From: a virus
DNA length: 64,000 nucleotides
Direction: 5' to 3' (one strand)
Virus record (IMG/VR): IMGVR_UViG_3300033148_006706
Location: 1-64,000 of that record
Shown here: piece by piece, positions 19,364 to 29,582 of the stretch
Layout: each line of letters opens with the position of its first letter
Numbering within the stretch: the stretch's first letter is position 1
Position numbers and translations under genes: made by a program
Notes under the pieces: generated by a model
Seen by the model: only the letters and a program-made list of their open reading frames with translations
What the model was told of the DNA's origin: nothing
Databases searched by the model: none

Positions 19364-20944
19364 ATGGAAACACGACAAAAGCTGGTTGAAAGTTATGTAG
19401 TTAATGGATCTAATTTAAAAAAGATTCCCTTAACCGAGTCCACTAAAATTATAGAAAAAGATGGTAAAGAATATAAGTGTAGGGCGGCCTATGAATTGCC
19501 GGTGTGGCGGTTAGGAGAAAAGAATCTTAATGAACGTATCTACAGTAAAGAACTAGCCGAGAAGCTTATAAAAGAAAATCCCGTTACCTTAGGGTTAGCT
19601 AATCATCCTGAAAATGAAGCTGATGTTACTTATACTTTTGCAGTAGAGCGGAATCCGCATATCAAAGAAAATATTTTGTATGTAGATGCATATCTGGTAG
19701 GAGATAACGGGGAGTTGGCTAACGAGATTATCGAAGCGGGGGGAAATATTGGACTTAGTTCTAGTGCGTATGGAGATGTTGATAGTGAGGGGAGAGTACA
19801 ACTTGAGGGATTTGAAATTGAAAGATTTTGCGATTGGGTAGAGATGCCTTCTTATGGAGTATATGCTGGAAAAGAAAATGCTATCGGATCAGAAAAAAAT
19901 AAGGAAAGTTTTTCAAATTCTAATACTAATATAATAATAGAAAAAGAAGAAAAAGGTAAAAAGGAGAATAAAAATATGAGTACTGAAAATAAAGAAACTT
20001 CTAAAACTAAGAGCTTAGAAGAAAAGAATCTTAGATTAGGAGTAAGAAACCTTTTTAAAGAAGCTGAAAACAAGGAATCACTTCAAGAGAAACTCGAAGT
20101 TTATAAAGAGGTTATTGACTATTGTGGTGATTCAGAATTTGGTGAAGATTATGTAAAGAAAGCGGCTGAAAAAATTGAAGAAATTCAACAGGAATTATAT
20201 GAGTTAGCAGATAAAGGAAAGGAAGTTGATGAACTTAAAGAGAACTCCGAAAAAACTCATAAAGAATTAGAAGAGAAAGTAGAAACCCTTGAAAAGGAAA
20301 AATCAGATCTTCAAGAACAGTATGAAATGGCAACACAGCTTCTTGATGATATGAAAACAAGAGAATCAAAAATTAAAGAAATGTATGAAATGGCAATAGC
20401 AGAGAAGAACGGAATGGTTTCTGCTGAGGAGTATCAAGAATTGGCGGTATATTTAAAAGGTAAAGAGGAGAAATTGGAAGAATTACTTGAGGAAAATAGA
20501 AGATTGAAGAAAAGAATAAGATTTTATATGCAGGAAACGATGAATCGTAATCGTGTGAAAGAAGTAAACGGAGATGAAAAAGAAGACGAGGATGAAGAAG
20601 ATGAGGAAAGAGAGGAAGATAAAGATAAGAAAAAAGAATCTTCATTTGTAAGAAAAAGTAACAGAGAAGCTGACTATCGTTTTGTAAGAGATAATAAACA
20701 GGTAAGAGATTATTATGAGGATCTCTTGCTTGAAAATCCTAATGTGGAAAAAATTAAAGAAGAAATTCTTGGATGTGGTACCCTTTTTGAAGCACAGAAA
20801 AAGTATCTTAATTTAAAAGATTTGGTAGAGGATATTCCTAATCCAAATTCGATTAAAAGGTTGAGAATGAGCAATATTGAAGAGGAAGATAAGCAATTAA
20901 AAAATAGAAAAACGAGACTTACAATAAGAGAGGGGTGGGTATAA
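19364..20944 (+). CDS. Prohead protease (T4 gp21-like) fused to a coiled-coil scaffold
   Basis: NLNERIYS, NHP (His), GLSSSAYG (Ser), DWV..PS; acidic coiled-coil C-terminal half. Confidence 0.85.
   Translation: METRQKLVESYVVNGSNLKKIPLTESTKIIEKDGKEYKCRAAYELPVWRLGEKNLNERIYSKELAEKLIKENPVTLGLANHPENEADVTYTFAVERNPHIKENILYVDAYLVGDNGELANEIIEAGGNIGLSSSAYGDVDSEGRVQLEGFEIERFCDWVEMPSYGVYAGKENAIGSEKNKESFSNSNTNIIIEKEEKGKKENKNMSTENKETSKTKSLEEKNLRLGVRNLFKEAENKESLQEKLEVYKEVIDYCGDSEFGEDYVKKAAEKIEEIQQELYELADKGKEVDELKENSEKTHKELEEKVETLEKEKSDLQEQYEMATQLLDDMKTRESKIKEMYEMAIAEKNGMVSAEEYQELAVYLKGKEEKLEELLEENRRLKKRIRFYMQETMNRNRVKEVNGDEKEDEDEEDEEREEDKDKKKESSFVRKSNREADYRFVRDNKQVRDYYEDLLLENPNVEKIKEEILGCGTLFEAQKKYLNLKDLVEDIPNPNSIKRLRMSNIEEEDKQLKNRKTRLTIREGWV
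19976..20944 (+). CDS. Nested in-frame scaffold protein (internal start)
   Basis: Late motif at 19924 and AAGGAG at 19961 precede the in-frame ATG 19976 (MSTENKE...). Confidence 0.65.
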   Translation: MSTENKETSKTKSLEEKNLRLGVRNLFKEAENKESLQEKLEVYKEVIDYCGDSEFGEDYVKKAAEKIEEIQQELYELADKGKEVDELKENSEKTHKELEEKVETLEKEKSDLQEQYEMATQLLDDMKTRESKIKEMYEMAIAEKNGMVSAEEYQELAVYLKGKEEKLEELLEENRRLKKRIRFYMQETMNRNRVKEVNGDEKEDEDEEDEEREEDKDKKKESSFVRKSNREADYRFVRDNKQVRDYYEDLLLENPNVEKIKEEILGCGTLFEAQKKYLNLKDLVEDIPNPNSIKRLRMSNIEEEDKQLKNRKTRLTIREGWV

Positions 20945-20946
20945 GC

Positions 20947-21399
20947 ATGGAGATAAAAATGAAAGAAAAAGATAAGATTGATTTTGAGCAGGAAGTAATT
21001 GATGCATACTATGATTACAAAGAATATGAAGATTTAGAACGGGAAGATGCTATTATAGCTACTGCCAGACTTTTATTGATGAAGCCGAGCGATGTAGAAA
21101 AGATTCTTATTAAGAATAAAATATATGAAGACAAAAGAATCAGGGCAAAAAAGAAGAAAAGCCGACTTAAAAAAGTTTTGAATGAAGTATCAGATTTCCA
21201 TGATTTTAAATCAAGAGTGTGGATAGAAGGTAAAAAATCTTTAGATTATTATGGAGATCTGGGAGACGTTTTAGAAGAAATTTTTAGAGACTTTACAGAA
21301 GAGGAAATTCGAAACAGTAGAAAAGAATGGGCTATTCTTTTTAGAGGAAGTGTAGTGGCATATATAGACTTTGAAGAAGTGCTAGATGCACTTGAATAA
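20947..21399 (+). CDS. Hypothetical head-region protein
   Basis: ORF. Confidence 0.6.
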   Translation: MEIKMKEKDKIDFEQEVIDAYYDYKEYEDLEREDAIIATARLLLMKPSDVEKILIKNKIYEDKRIRAKKKKSRLKKVLNEVSDFHDFKSRVWIEGKKSLDYYGDLGDVLEEIFRDFTEEEIRNSRKEWAILFRGSVVAYIDFEEVLDALE

Positions 21400-21504
21400 T
21401 TAGAGAAATTAAATTATAAAAAATGAAACGAAAAAATTATACTTTTAATTTTTATTTACTAATACAATATATAGAGAAGAGAATAAAAGAAGGAGAATAA
21501 AAGT

Positions 21505-21819
21505 ATGAGTATGGTAACAACTTCTGTAACAAACGGTGTTTCAATGGGATATGTCCATACGGTAACTGCTGCCGATGCAGCGAGTGGCGAAATTATATTT
21601 GATTTTCAGACAGATTATAACTTAGCTGCTGTGTTTATGGTAACAAATCCCGGAACAAGCGATCCTAATCAAAGTGCTCCAGTAGTTGATCTTGGCGATG
21701 CTGAAATATCTTACCCTGACGTGGGGCAGGTTAAGATTGCTAATGGTGATTCTACATTTACATTAACTGCTGGATATATGATTCATGTAATAGCTCAAAG
21801 ACGGTCAAGTGCTGAATAA
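21505..21819 (+). CDS. Small beta-rich virion protein (possible head decoration)
   Basis: Thr/Ala/Gly-rich, strong RBS, variant late motif at 21457. Confidence 0.55.
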   Translation: MSMVTTSVTNGVSMGYVHTVTAADAASGEIIFDFQTDYNLAAVFMVTNPGTSDPNQSAPVVDLGDAEISYPDVGQVKIANGDSTFTLTAGYMIHVIAQRRSSAE

Positions 21820-21834
21820 AAAGGAGGGAGATAA

Positions 21835-22452
21835 ATGAAAGCAATAAAAAGAAAAAACGGCACACATGATACTTTTAAAGCTAAAAGAAAATCTATAATT
21901 ATCGAAATTGATAAACCGGTTCGTATTCCTGATACTGATATCATTCTCACGAAAGGGGATAAAATAGAAGTACTTCATGAGGGGGTAGAACAAAGTATTT
22001 CTATTACAAATGATTGCACCAAAGGAACACTTAGTGTATATGAAAATGACGATGGGGGTCAGTTTGTATCGGGGAATATTGAAATATTTAATTGTCCAAG
22101 TGGGGGAAAAATTACCGCTGATGTAGTAAAAAAAGTCCTTGATTCGGTAGTTAGTGGATTGAAACTTCAAGCACCTGAATTTGAACTAGTTAGTGAAAAA
22201 AGAAATAATAATAACAGATCGGTTAAAGAATCAATTAGGGGAGATTACATATCATTTGATTATGCCGGGCATTCTTGGCTCTGGCCTGTTGAAGTAGATA
22301 AATATGGAGATATAGAACTTTCTCTTAATACAATTTCAAGTGAAGATGATTCGAGTGTTGTCTTGTCAGCAGATGATGTTATTGAATTGACTGACGAATA
22401 TATTTATTTTGACGATGGAACAAATGTTCCTTATACTCTTGTAAATTTATAA
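21835..22452 (+). CDS. Hypothetical head-region protein with LxKGDKI module
   Basis: IIIEIDKPVRIPDTDIILTKGDKIEVLHE. Confidence 0.65.
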   Translation: MKAIKRKNGTHDTFKAKRKSIIIEIDKPVRIPDTDIILTKGDKIEVLHEGVEQSISITNDCTKGTLSVYENDDGGQFVSGNIEIFNCPSGGKITADVVKKVLDSVVSGLKLQAPEFELVSEKRNNNNRSVKESIRGDYISFDYAGHSWLWPVEVDKYGDIELSLNTISSEDDSSVVLSADDVIELTDEYIYFDDGTNVPYTLVNL

Positions 22453-22631
22453 AATTATAAAAAAAAACTTTTTAGAAAATTGTTACTAATATAATGTGGA
22501 GGATTAAAAATAATTCTTCACTTAACTATTTTCTTTTAAAAATAAAAGAAAATATAGAACTGTTTCTTTCAAATAAACGTTCAAAGTAAAAATTAAAAAT
22601 CTCAAAAAAAGAAAGAAGAGGAGAAATTATT

Positions 22632-24071
22632 ATGCGTAGGCAAATGAAGGAAGCCTTTCTCCGGGAGGAGCGAACTGTAGCACTTTCTGAAAGGAAAAGG
22701 CATGCAGATAGGCTCTTTGAGAAATGGCAGAAAAAAGCAGATATAGGCAAGAATATGGACAAGCTTATGGATACAAATCCAGAGAAAGCCCGTAACTTAG
22801 CCATTATTCTTGAGAATCAGGAGAATCACCTTAAAGCTCTTACTGAGACTCAAATCAGTAATGACTTTCAAACAACTCCTGAAAACGTACTAAGAATTGT
22901 ACGTCTTGGATATCCGAACAGTATACGTGGAGAGATCTTTTTTGATTATCCTATGATTACTGCTCGTGATTCGATTTATTACCTTAGACCGGTATATTCT
23001 TCAACTGCAAGAGGTGCTACCGCTGGTACTGTAACTCACGAGTCTAGCGCTTGGAGATATGCAAATGAAGCTCAGGAGCAGATAATTGACCCTTCTGCGG
23101 AAGACTCCGATACTGATTATAGCGCTACTCTTAGCGGTTATCCTGTACGTCCTTATACCGTTATCGTAATGATAGACGATAAGCCAGTTGGTTCTGATGA
23201 TGGTAGCGGGAATATAACTGGAAGCGGACTTAATCCTGCACTTACAAATAGTATTACCTATTCCACCGGAGCAATTACGTTGAACTTTACCCCTTCTGCT
23301 ATTACAGGCGGTGAGGAGATCAAGGTGTACTACAGAACTGATACAGAAGATGAGACTAATGGAAGGGATTATATTAAATCTGTTGAGCTTCAGTTAACTG
23401 ATTATCAGTTTAGAGCGCATCCTTATCCTTTATACGTAAGCTGGACTAAGATGGCAGAGCTTCTTCTTGGAACTACTCTTGATATCGATGCTGAAGAGGC
23501 GTTGATAGCAGGGGCTGGTGACGAATTGAAGAAAACATTGGACTTTATGGCTGTTAAGTTCGGATATAGGTACAGCGAGCAGAATGCTATAACTACATTT
23601 AATGCTGATTGGGCAACTGGAGGTGCAGATAGCGAAAAAGCTCATGCGCAGTCTCTTACTAAAGTTGCAAAACAAGCTGCTAACCAGATTTATTCTGAAT
23701 TACAGCGCGGTGGGATTAGTGCATGGGTAGTTGGAAATGATGCATCGGCATTCCTGACTTTACACGATCAGTATACCTCTGATGGTGCACAACCTGAAAT
23801 AGGTATTTATAGAGTAGGTACATGGATGGGGAAGCCGGTTTATCAAGCACCTACAGATGTTATTCCTACCAATGAAATGCTTGGTGTTTGGAGGAATCCA
23901 AATGCTGATGGTGGGGACTACAGTATAATCTTCGGAACACTGATACCGTTGTACCAGACACAGGTTTTAGAATATAAGGAAGGATATAGCGAAACCGGTC
24001 TTTTCCATTATGGAGATTGGAAAGCTATTAATCCTAAGTATCTAACTAGAGTTCAACTTCAAAATTTATAA
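22632..24071 (+). CDS. Major capsid protein (T4 gp23-like) with inserted beta domain
   Basis: LFEKW..AIILENQ..LTE/TQ propeptide pattern, VRLGYPN, PM..IYYL; late motif upstream, terminator downstream. Confidence 0.9.
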   Translation: MRRQMKEAFLREERTVALSERKRHADRLFEKWQKKADIGKNMDKLMDTNPEKARNLAIILENQENHLKALTETQISNDFQTTPENVLRIVRLGYPNSIRGEIFFDYPMITARDSIYYLRPVYSSTARGATAGTVTHESSAWRYANEAQEQIIDPSAEDSDTDYSATLSGYPVRPYTVIVMIDDKPVGSDDGSGNITGSGLNPALTNSITYSTGAITLNFTPSAITGGEEIKVYYRTDTEDETNGRDYIKSVELQLTDYQFRAHPYPLYVSWTKMAELLLGTTLDIDAEEALIAGAGDELKKTLDFMAVKFGYRYSEQNAITTFNADWATGGADSEKAHAQSLTKVAKQAANQIYSELQRGGISAWVVGNDASAFLTLHDQYTSDGAQPEIGIYRVGTWMGKPVYQAPTDVIPTNEMLGVWRNPNADGGDYSIIFGTLIPLYQTQVLEYKEGYSETGLFHYGDWKAINPKYLTRVQLQNL

Positions 24072-24102
24072 AAGTTTAAAGCTTATTTGGGCACTCCTTA
24101 AT

Positions 24103-24138
24103 AAAGCCTGTTCATTCGATTGGACAGGCTTTTTTTTT
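24103..24138 (+). terminator. Rho-independent terminator after the MCP gene
   Basis: AAAGCCTGTTC...GGACAGGCTTT hairpin followed by a T-run. Confidence 0.85.
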
Positions 24139-24334
24139 ATTTTTTTTAAATTTTTAAGAAAAATTTCTTATATTAATATAAGGAGCTAATAAAATGAAGA
24201 ATAAAAAAGAATGGCTTAACGAAGAAAATTTATATAACGATTTAAAATTTATATTATAGTATATCATATATTATTAACTCTCATATTTATAATGAATGTA
24301 AGAAAATATAAATTAAAGAAAGGATATATTAAAA

Positions 24335-24874
24335 ATGATACCGATAAAAGATAAAGATAATAAAATCAAAAATATAAATCCCGATCGAGTTAAATGGTTT
24401 GGAACAGAAGTAAAGAGAGTATATAAAAAAGACGGAGATTTTAAACGGTTTGAATCACTCACATGGATTCAAACTTATAAAGGTGATAGATTTTACACCG
24501 ATTTAAGTATTGGAAAATTAAAGAAACAGTTTAAATTCTTTCAAAGTGATAAAAAAGTTATTAAAGAATTAAAAAAAGGAAAGTTTGTGAAAGCGATTGA
24601 GTGGTGTTGTGAAACAGTAAAAGAGAGAGGAACAAAAATTCGAAATGATGAAATGAAACAAATACTTGAATCAATACGCCGGCATAGACCTTTCACATTA
24701 GATGGTAAATATCTATATTATTATATAGATGGAAGAGTATTTAAGGACTCTAGAAATGGGCGGCTGGTTTATGTAGATATTAAGAAAAATATACTTGTTA
24801 ATGTGAATATAGATGGTAAACTCACCGCTAACAAAATAGAAGAGTGGATAATTAAATATAACAGTAAAAAATAA
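24335..24874 (+). CDS. Hypothetical protein
   Basis: ORF with RBS. Confidence 0.65.
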   Translation: MIPIKDKDNKIKNINPDRVKWFGTEVKRVYKKDGDFKRFESLTWIQTYKGDRFYTDLSIGKLKKQFKFFQSDKKVIKELKKGKFVKAIEWCCETVKERGTKIRNDEMKQILESIRRHRPFTLDGKYLYYYIDGRVFKDSRNGRLVYVDIKKNILVNVNIDGKLTANKIEEWIIKYNSKK

Positions 24875-24912
24875 CTCCTTTAATACTAATATAGTAAAGG
24901 AGTTTGTTAAAT

Positions 24913-25647
24913 ATGGCCATACTTTCAATTCCCGATAATATTTATGAAAGAATTTTAACTTGTATTGGGTATCCGATTATAAGTGAATCGGATATGGGGC
25001 TTACTAAAGATCAGATTTTAGACTTACTTATTCTCCCCCCTTTAAAAAATGTTTACTATAAATGGTTTCCAATACTTGAGAGAGAGGATTATAGCACTTC
25101 TGCTTCTTTTGAAATAGATTTTCCAGATGAACAAACCTTTGGGGTAGTTGATATTCGTCTTGTATGGCAAGGAGTTGGAGGAGCGGGTAGAACGGGTAAT
25201 CCGCTTCTTGACCAATTTAATATCAGAATAAAAGGGCAAACTCGTAATAAATGGAATACAGGAAACGATTACGGGTATACTCAAGTTTATTACGCTGAAC
25301 AGGCGTATAGCAGAGCAAGAATTCAAAATGTTAAAGCTTTAAAACAATGGGTAGATTATACAAATAGAAAAGTGAAGGGGTATACGAATGCTATCGGAAA
25401 AATATCTATTACCTGGGCTAAATGGGCAAATGATTGGAGCGGTGTACAATTCAAATTTGAAGAAGATGTTATCAAACTTTGTCAATCTTATGTACTTGGA
25501 TATTTTGGAAGATTATTAAATCAAGGAACCGGTGATTTACCGACTGAGCTTACTGGAGATGATATGATAAGCAGGAGTGAAGATTTAGAAGAACAAATTA
25601 TAGAAAAATTTAAACAATATAGCAAGGTTGTTATTTTGAGAGGATAG
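24913..25647 (+). CDS. Putative neck/head-tail connector protein
   Basis: Late motif; I...IGYP start pattern; position after the MCP. Confidence 0.55.
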   Translation: MAILSIPDNIYERILTCIGYPIISESDMGLTKDQILDLLILPPLKNVYYKWFPILEREDYSTSASFEIDFPDEQTFGVVDIRLVWQGVGGAGRTGNPLLDQFNIRIKGQTRNKWNTGNDYGYTQVYYAEQAYSRARIQNVKALKQWVDYTNRKVKGYTNAIGKISITWAKWANDWSGVQFKFEEDVIKLCQSYVLGYFGRLLNQGTGDLPTELTGDDMISRSEDLEEQIIEKFKQYSKVVILRG

Positions 25648-25723
25648 TGTGATAAGAATACTTGAAGTTAAGACAAACAGAGTAATTTTAAATTATTAAA
25701 ATTAGAGAAAAAAGTTAGTTGAT

Positions 25724-26422
25724 ATGGGAGATTATACTATTAAAGAAGTACTTCAAATTACAGATAAATATTATCCAAATAGATTTACATATAAAGAACG
25801 TGATGTAGTAAAACGTATTGTTATAAAAGAAGTGAAAGAAGTACAACGACATGATATTCCTGGAGGCCCGAGAGTATATACGAAATATGTTATTGAAAGC
25901 AAATCATGGCCACAGTATTATCCTTATTTTACTAGAACAGATAGCAGAGGTAGACGTAGACGCTATCAAAGAAGTGTAGCTCATTATTATGATGTAATAT
26001 TCGAAACGGATAGATTGAGCTTAAATACTAAGAAATGGGTGGGTAGAGTTGGCAGTGGAAAAAAGTGGAATGCTAGACCGCCACAATCGCAAATAAAAAG
26101 TTTATATCCTGAAACAAGGGAAAAATTTAGAAGAAGGGCTAGAGGTAATCAACAAGAATATAAGAGACTTGTAGAAAGACATAAAAGAAGTGCACCGTAT
26201 CTTGATGTAGGCGATTATAATAGTAGAGTAAATGGAATTATGGGGGATTTTTGTTTTAGACAAGCTTGGGCATATTACACTCATGGCCATCTATTTGGAA
26301 GACAATATTATGGTAACGTACCTTCTTCAATTACAAATCCTAACGCTATTGTTTTTTTCGATAAACATCAATTAAATGTAATTGACCAACTTATGAGAAG
26401 AGGGATCTTAAAAGATGATTAA
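25724..26422 (+). CDS. Basic hypothetical protein with SWIM-like C-terminus lacking Cys ligands
   Basis: DFCFR..ITNP..FDKH. Confidence 0.6.
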   Translation: MGDYTIKEVLQITDKYYPNRFTYKERDVVKRIVIKEVKEVQRHDIPGGPRVYTKYVIESKSWPQYYPYFTRTDSRGRRRRYQRSVAHYYDVIFETDRLSLNTKKWVGRVGSGKKWNARPPQSQIKSLYPETREKFRRRARGNQQEYKRLVERHKRSAPYLDVGDYNSRVNGIMGDFCFRQAWAYYTHGHLFGRQYYGNVPSSITNPNAIVFFDKHQLNVIDQLMRRGILKDD

Positions 26423-26927
26423 GATTATAAATTTTAAAGAAAAGATTTATGGAAATATGGCAATAGTTTTCCATAGAACTAGCGTTTCAGATTTAGTAAA
26501 TAAAGTTTTTACAAGTGGATTTAAACCTGGTACAGGAGATAAATATGGAAGAGGATTTTATGCTACTTATGAACTTGAGTCACAAGAGCGACCAGAAATG
26601 AAGAAATATGGAACCTGGAAAAATGGAACTTGGAGAAATGGAGTCTGAAAAGACGGAACCTGGAAAAAAGGAATCTGGAAAGATGGGATTTGGGAAGACG
26701 GAGCTTGGGAAGGCGGGCAATGGGAAAAAGGAGTTTGGAAAAAAGGTACCTGGGAAAATGGGATTTGGGAGTATGGAACTTGGGAAAATGGAGATTGGAA
26801 AGATGGAATTTGGGAAAGTGGGGTGTGGAAAGGTGGAAAGATATGGAACCCTCAAACAAAAAAATATCAGTATAGTGACAAAAACCCTTATGATTGCGAA
26901 TGGAGCTTGAGTTATTATAAAAGATAA
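26415..26927 (+). pseudogene. GxW-repeat gene #1: truncated ART-like N-terminus plus 15 repeats, with an in-frame TGA at 26646
   Basis: FHRT..GFKPG.G.KYGRGFYAT, then GTWKN GTWRN GV* KD GTWKK... in frame to KNPYDCEWSLSYYKR*. Confidence 0.75.
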
Positions 26928-26960
26928 TAATATTTATGACATAAGGAGGGAGAGTAAAAC

Positions 26961-28253
26961 GTGATTAAAATATTTAAAAACCTGAACCTTCTTGAAAAGA
27001 AAGATCACATTATAAGAAAAATGCCCAATTTGACTAGTGAGCAGAAGGAAGAACTAATAAACTTTTTCAATAGACACCCAAATTATGAAAATAGGGTCGA
27101 TTGGAATAAGTGGAGAACTTTAACATACGAAGATTTTAAAGACATTCTTGAAATTGAATCCAAAACTCAAAGGAAGAAATCCGTTAAGACAAGAGGAATA
27201 AAAGGACTAAAAGAGGGTAAGGATTATATTCAATTGAAGAATTTGCCCGACGATATACAAGGATATATTCCTTTGAATTACGAGGCATCAAAATTTATTG
27301 CTTCTAGATATGTAGGAGGCATTGAAGGAAAATGGTGTACTGCATATCAAAAAACCGATAAATATTGGGAAGAATATAAAAGCTACGGGGTAATTTTTAT
27401 ATATTTAATCAAAGACAATGAAAAATATGCAATAGCTGTTTATCTCGACAATAAAACTTATGAAATTTATAATAAAGATGACGATAAAATTTCTTTTATA
27501 GAAGGCATTAATATTAAATCAGATATATTAAATGATCGAAATGTTTCTCTTTTTGAAAAAGTAAGAAAAGAAATCGGTTTTGAACATTGGATTACCAAAG
27601 CTGAAATATCAAAGGATGCTAAGTTTGAATATGGCGAATTTAGGCAAATAGTTTGGTTAGATGGGGCGTGGTATAAAGGGACTTGGTATAACGGAATTTG
27701 GAAAAATGGAATTTGGAAAAATGGAACTTGGGAAGATGGTTCTTGGAAGAGTGGAACTTGGAAGAGTGGAACTTGGAAGTTTGGAACTTGGGAAGATGGA
27801 ATATGGGAAAATGGAAATTGGATAATGGGATTATGGGAAGATGGAATTTGGAAAGACGGAACTTGGAAAGATGGAACTTGGGAGGATGGAACATGGAAAA
27901 GTGGAATTTGGAACAAAGGGGGATGGACAAAAGGGATATGGGAAGACGGAATATGGAAAAATGGAATTTGGGGTGGAGGAACCTGGGAAAGTGGAATTTG
28001 GAAGGATGGATCTTGGATTAAGGGGACGTGGATTAATGGAACTTGGGAATTTGGAACTTGGTATAACGGAATTTGGAAAAACGGAACTTGGAAAGATGGA
28101 ACTTGGATTGATGGGGAATGGAAAGACGGAATCTGGAAAGATGGAGTATGGAAAGGTGGAAAAATATGGGATCCTCAAATAGAAAAATATCAATATAGTG
28201 ACAAAAACCCCTATGATTGTGAATGGAGCTTAAGTTATTACAAAGAACAATAG
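26961..28253 (+). CDS. GxW pentapeptide-repeat protein, family A (WCTA domain), 33 repeats
   Basis: MIKIFKNLNLLEKK leader, GKWCTAY domain, GxWxx tract, KNPYDCEWSLSY cap. Confidence 0.9.
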   Translation: MIKIFKNLNLLEKKDHIIRKMPNLTSEQKEELINFFNRHPNYENRVDWNKWRTLTYEDFKDILEIESKTQRKKSVKTRGIKGLKEGKDYIQLKNLPDDIQGYIPLNYEASKFIASRYVGGIEGKWCTAYQKTDKYWEEYKSYGVIFIYLIKDNEKYAIAVYLDNKTYEIYNKDDDKISFIEGINIKSDILNDRNVSLFEKVRKEIGFEHWITKAEISKDAKFEYGEFRQIVWLDGAWYKGTWYNGIWKNGIWKNGTWEDGSWKSGTWKSGTWKFGTWEDGIWENGNWIMGLWEDGIWKDGTWKDGTWEDGTWKSGIWNKGGWTKGIWEDGIWKNGIWGGGTWESGIWKDGSWIKGTWINGTWEFGTWYNGIWKNGTWKDGTWIDGEWKDGIWKDGVWKGGKIWDPQIEKYQYSDKNPYDCEWSLSYYKEQ

Positions 28254-28285
28254 TATTTATATTATAAAGATGGTGGTTGAGGGGC

Positions 28286-29563
28286 ATGATCAAAATATTT
28301 AAAAATTTAAACTTACTTGAAAAAAAAGATCATATTATAAGAAAAATACCTAATTTGACTAATGAGCAGAAGGAGGAGCTGATAAACTTTTTCGATAAAC
28401 ACCCAAATTACGAAAATAGAATTGATTGGAACAGGTGGAGGACTTTAACATACGAAGATTTTAAGGGTATTCTTGAAATTGAATCAAAGACTCAGAAAAA
28501 AAAATCCGTTAAGATAAGTGGAATAAAAGGACTAAAAGAGGGTGAGGATTATATTCAACTGAAAGGGTTGCCCGATGATACGCAAGGATACATACCTCTA
28601 AATTACGAGGCTTCAAAATTTATTGCTTCTAGATATGTAGGGGGTATCGAGGGGAGATGGTGTACAGCATATCAAAAAACTAGGGAATATTGGGAAAAAT
28701 ATACAAGTGAGAATATAATCTTAATTTATTTGATTAATAATAATACAAAATATGCAATAGCCGTTTATCCAAATAATAAAACTCATAAAATTTATGATAG
28801 TGATGACAACAAAATTTCTTATATTCCCGGTATTGATATTAACCGAGATATATTAAATAAAAGAAACATTTCTATTTTTGAAAAAATAAGAAGAGAAGTT
28901 GAAGACTATAAGCATTGGATTCATAAAGCTGAAATATCAAGAGACGCTAGATTCGAAATTGATAAAACAAATCAAGTAATTTGGTACAAAGGGACTTGGG
29001 TAGATGGGGTATGGGAAAGGGGAACTTGGATTAATGGGATTTGGTTTGATGGTTATTGGGCAAAAGGAGCTTGGAAGAATGGAATTTGGAGAGGGGGAAC
29101 TTGGGAAAAAGGAACTTGGGAAGACGGAACCTGGGAAAAAGGAATTTGGTATGGCGGGACTTGGAAAGATGGAATTTGGGAACATGGAACTTGGAAAGAT
29201 GGAACTTGGAAATATGGAACCTGGAAAAATGGAGTTTGGGAAAGTGGAACTTGGAAAGATGGAGTCTGGAAAAGCGGAACCTGGAAAAATGGAGCCTGGG
29301 AAAGCGGAACTTGGAAAGATGGAACCTGGAAGCTTGGAATCTGGGAACTTGGGACTTGGATTAATGGAACCTGGGAGTCTGGAACTTGGGAATATGGAAC
29401 CTGGAAAGATGGAGTCTGGGAAGGTGGGGATTGGGACGATGGAAATTGGGAAAAGGGAGTATGGAAAGGTGGAAGGATATGGAATCCAGAAACAGGAAAA
29501 TATCAATATAGCGATAAGAACCCAAACGAATGTGAATGGAGCTTAAGTTATTACAAAAGATAA
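28286..29563 (+). CDS. GxW-repeat protein, family A
   Basis: Paralog; ATG 28286 after GAGGGG. Confidence 0.9.
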   Translation: MIKIFKNLNLLEKKDHIIRKIPNLTNEQKEELINFFDKHPNYENRIDWNRWRTLTYEDFKGILEIESKTQKKKSVKISGIKGLKEGEDYIQLKGLPDDTQGYIPLNYEASKFIASRYVGGIEGRWCTAYQKTREYWEKYTSENIILIYLINNNTKYAIAVYPNNKTHKIYDSDDNKISYIPGIDINRDILNKRNISIFEKIRREVEDYKHWIHKAEISRDARFEIDKTNQVIWYKGTWVDGVWERGTWINGIWFDGYWAKGAWKNGIWRGGTWEKGTWEDGTWEKGIWYGGTWKDGIWEHGTWKDGTWKYGTWKNGVWESGTWKDGVWKSGTWKNGAWESGTWKDGTWKLGIWELGTWINGTWESGTWEYGTWKDGVWEGGDWDDGNWEKGVWKGGRIWNPETGKYQYSDKNPNECEWSLSYYKR

Positions 29564-29582
29564 TAATATGGGGGAGTAAAAC

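Noticed and set aside
24194-24259. Short ORF MKNKKEWLNEENLYNDLKFIL with AGGAG RBS
   Set aside because: Only 21 codons and no recognisable motif. It may be a remnant but cannot be supported.
26646-26648. Genome-wide TGA=Trp recoding
   Set aside because: Hundreds of other repeat Trp codons are TGG, and TGA ends several genes with ATGA/TGATG coupling. A single nonsense change or error is more parsimonious.
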